Position numbers and translations under genes: made by a program. From positions 27,404,001 through 27,468,000 of the forward strand of contig OZ336872.1 in assembly GCA_965287045.1 (NCBI GenBank): DNA of 64,000 nucleotides. The letters are read 5' to 3'. Source of the stretch: Carcharhinus amblyrhynchos (lineage: Eukaryota). Positions within the stretch are counted from its first letter, which is position 1; each line of letters starts with the position of its first letter. The notes beneath the pieces are model-generated. The model had not been told where the DNA came from and did no database searches. It was given only the letters and a program-made list of their open reading frames with translations. Below are positions 60,591-64,000 of this stretch, piece by piece.

Positions 60591-62224
60591 CTTTCCAACA
60601 TTGAAAACTTTTCTAATTCTGGTTGATGGTCTGCTGTTGGATTTTTAAACTATGATAAAGGGGGTAGCATAATAATGTAAACCTTGTAATGTGTTTAGAA
60701 ATGACAGCATAGTGTGCATTTAGTGTGCACAATGGGAGGTGTGGGGAAGTGAGGTTGTATTGTGACGAGAATATGAGATGCAGTGACTAAGAGCGTGAAG
60801 TCTAATGAATGGGTGTAGTGAATAAAAGAAAACGGTGAGAAGATTATCAGGTGTAATTTTATTTCTCCCACCAGCCATAGCCTGGCAGGTAGGGTGGGGA
60901 AGGGCCTAAATCTGGTAGGATACTGACAGGTGCCATGCCCATTACTTAACCCACCTCTGCTGGTATTTTACCAATGGTAGTGTCGGTGCTGGGCAGCCTG
61001 CTTGCCCTTAGGCCAATTGAGGCCCTTAAATGGCTATTTAAGGAACTCCTCCTGCCACACTGGTATTTTACCACCTTGCCGACCAGGAGGCCACCTGGTT
61101 AACTTTCGTGTTCGACTGTGGGCTTGGGGGTGAGCTACCCTCCAACGCCCAATGGAGTAGCATCCCTTACAGAAAAGGCTACCCTCAATTGACCCCCTCC
61201 CCACCCTTGGCTTTCTAACCTCAGCTTCTGGGCGTCTTACTGGCATCTACTTGGCTGGTCTGTAATAGCAACCAACATTTCCAAAAATAAATTTATGATT
61301 TGCACACAGACTTCTGACAGGTCGAAGAAGTAATTTTGTAGTTCCTTGTGTGTAAACATGTTCTAGATAATGAAAGTGTCCTCTGATCACTTTTTGGTCG
61401 CTTAGTTTCTAGCCCTATCTCCTTCAAGGCTCTTCATCGGGGACTGACTGCTGTTTCAGCAGTGGCAACTGATCCATCTGACATTGGACGTGGGACATCC
61501 CTTCACATGGGAACAGAAAACATAGGCAATAAGCTGCCTGATGACTATTAAATCTAGTTGTGGCTTCCTAGGCTGGTCAAGTTGGTGTCATCTCCATTTT
61601 TTCAGCTGGTTGGTGGTACCATGACCTCCATGTAAAACCTAGCCCATTGTGGACAGAGCCAGGGAGAAAAATCATAAGCTGTGGTGTTTTTCTTATTTCT
61701 GCACTAACCCATCCCCACCCATCCCACATTTAACCCTCCCCATCACAACGTTTGGTGCCCAGAGTTGGGAACCATAGTAACATTGGAGTGGAACTGTTTG
61801 TATAGGTTTATCAAAGACTTTTGGCTCTATTTATAAAGCACATTGAAAGCTCTATTTCAGAATGGTGCACTTTATAACCACAGCTTGGTCAGCCATTTAC
61901 AACACAACTTGGTCATTCATATTGTGCAACCAGCTCTGTTTTTTAAAATGAGGCCAAATGCGATATTCAGACAGTAACATCCAAAAGACTTAATTTCAAG
62001 TACCGTAAACAACAATCCCATGTCCAAAGAGAATATCTTGAATGAACAGTGATATCTTCTATTGGTGTTTAATGTTTCCTTTCACTTCTAAGTTTAAAAT
62101 TGGCAAAACTTTCCACTAAAATTGACATAACCATTTTCAACAGGAAAATTACTTCTTGGTATTGAGTGCTAAATATTTTTACATTTTAAATTGAAACTAA
62201 TCACACTTACAAATGCCCAGCATG

Positions 62225-62430
62225 AAGCACATACAGCAAAGTAGTGCAGATGCTGGAAATCTGAAATAGGAACAGAAAATGCTGGAAATACCTCAACAGG
62301 CAAGGCAGCACCTGTTGAGAAAGAAACCAGGTGAATGTTTGAAATGCACAATCTATACCCCTTCTGATGAAGGGTCAGGGCCTCTGTTTCTCTCTGGACA
62401 GATGCTGCCAAGTATGCTGAGCACTTCCTT
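62225..62430. mobile_element. Penelope-like palindromic short repeat
   Basis: gatgctggaaatctgaaata..aaaatgctggaaata / gatgctgccaagtatgctgag arms. ctgatgaagggtc at 62364. Confidence 0.65.
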
Positions 62431-62981
62431 TTCCTATTAGAACAGAAATAATGCCTTTCGCCTACCCTCTATAAAGCAAACAGATCCTTGTGAGCCTCTC
62501 ATTCCCAGTCAGCAAGAGACTCAACAACAGCTGCTGGAGATCTGGTTTGGCATAACATTAAACGTGAACTTAAAAAAAAAGGGTCTGAAGAAAAGATGCA
62601 CATTTCGCTGAGCCAAATAAGTCAATGCCAAAGTGGTAAATTGATTATCTTCTGGAGTATCATCCGATTATAGATCCTGGGGAACTGGGGTACTTCCTGG
62701 GTTCTGGGCCAAAATGTGTTAGCTGAATGTACCAGAGACCCCATCAACCATCCACTGTATTATGACAATTTCTCTTCCAAACTAAACAGGATGAATTTCA
62801 AAGTGTCAAAAGGCAACACAGGATGTGTAAATAACACCCCGCCTTGATTTGGCAAAGGCTTTTTAAACCTGAGCACAGCCATCTCTTTTTCTGTTTTAAA
62901 ACACCAAATGATGCTTTCAGAAGAGAGACGGTTTCATTTAGAGTTCATCAGAAAGCCGTGGAACTAGTCACAGAGCAACTT

Positions 62982-63178
62982 GGGCAGCATGGTGGTACAG
63001 TGATTAACACTGATGCCTCACAGCGCCAGGGACTTGGGTTCAATTCCTGGCTTAGGTAACTATCTGTGCAAAGTCTACATATTTTCCCCTACTGCCTGAG
63101 TGTGGCGACTAGGGGATTTCCACAGTAACTTCGTTGCAGTGCTAATGTCAGTGTACTTGTGACAATAATAAATAAACT
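62982..63178 (+). mobile_element. tRNA-derived SINE (HE1-like head, alternative tail), internally deleted
   Basis: A/B boxes. Tail ggcgactaggggatttccacagtaacttcgttgcag..aataataaataa as in 28156-28440. Confidence 0.8.
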
Positions 63179-63479
63179 TAAGCAGCCAAGGTAATAAATG
63201 TAAATGCCTTGAATGTGGGTGAAGGACTCTCTCCAACCTGTTCTAATTTTAAGTTCATCTGAGAACATATCTCTTGGAAATACAGCTGCAGGAAGGCTCA
63301 CAGCTCACTGAGAAGCCTCTGCTTACAAGACCCTTCACTTCAATTTAAACCTCAGCTAAGAAACTACAGGACTGCCACAAAAGAAAGACTGAGATTTGTT
63401 TCTTTTTCTTCATCTGATCTAACCAAAACTTGTGTGAGTGACAGTGTGCGCCAAGTGAGTGAGTGAGATGTTGTATTTT

Positions 63480-64000
63480 ATAAACCTCTGCTGCAATTTT
63501 AATGTGTGATAATAAATAACATTCTTCATTTGTAACCTCAGAAAAAAGCTTGCTGCTGGAATTATTTAAATTGGAACAATCACTGAGTGTACAAAGATAC
63601 ACGGACCTCACATACAAAACACATTGATCATGGGCAGAAGGGAAATACAAAAATTTTGTTTGTGACATGAAGATCTTGTCCCATACTACCAAGTATGCAA
63701 TGAAATGCTCGATGACAATTGTGTCACGAGTGGTTTTCTCAAGACTATACAGCAATGTGCATTAGATTTCATCCATGAAGGACATCTGGATGTTGTTAAA
63801 ATAAAACAATGATCCTGTGAAACAATAGATTGCAGAATAGAAGTGTTCATTAAAAACGGTGTAGCTTGTACACTCTGAAAAATCTGTTGAACCATATCCC
63901 GCATCTCTACAACTGACACCATGGCCAGCAGTACAATGGCAACAACTCAACGTGGATATTTTTGGAGATGAGTAAGCAGCCCCTAGCAATCAACATTTTT
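63480..64000 (+). mobile_element. Gypsy pol remnant (integrase zinc-binding region), runs off the window end
   Basis: DLVPYYQVCNEM, ALDFIHEGHLDVVKIKQ and PASLQLTPWPAVQWQQLNVDIFG match the Gypsy H2C2/integrase N-terminus. Confidence 0.75.

Noticed and set aside
11517-64000. Further CACNA2D3 exons or a nested gene such as LRTM1
   Set aside because: No ORF or splice-bounded segment resembling them was seen; very short exons could be missed by eye

Overview
Eukaryotic, repeat-rich genomic DNA that is very probably from an elasmobranch (shark or ray), judging by the HE1-type V-SINEs, SacSINE/Deu-type SINEs, and CR1, L2 and Rex1/Babar LINE remnants. The only host gene I can support is the 5' end of CACNA2D3 (voltage-gated calcium channel alpha2delta-3) on the + strand: coding exon 1 at 10936-11054 and exon 2 at 11435-11516. 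No exon 3 was found, so the rest of the window appears to be a >52 kb intron filled with transposon fossils. The most striking object is a ~6.3 kb LTR retrotransposon (18712-25044) of the Gmr1-like, SCAN-gag Gypsy type. It has no recognisable RT, RNaseH or integrase. Directly after the protease remnant it carries an intronless, decayed fragment resembling the N-terminal coiled coil of the nuclear-basket protein TPR. Other notable items: pieces of this LTR copied into neighbouring MITEs, an old duplication just upstream of the CACNA2D3 promoter, a perfect 34-bp-arm hairpin with a 14-bp TSD, and decayed hammerhead-ribozyme cores. All calls were made by eye, protein similarities are recalled from memory, and repeat boundaries are approximate.
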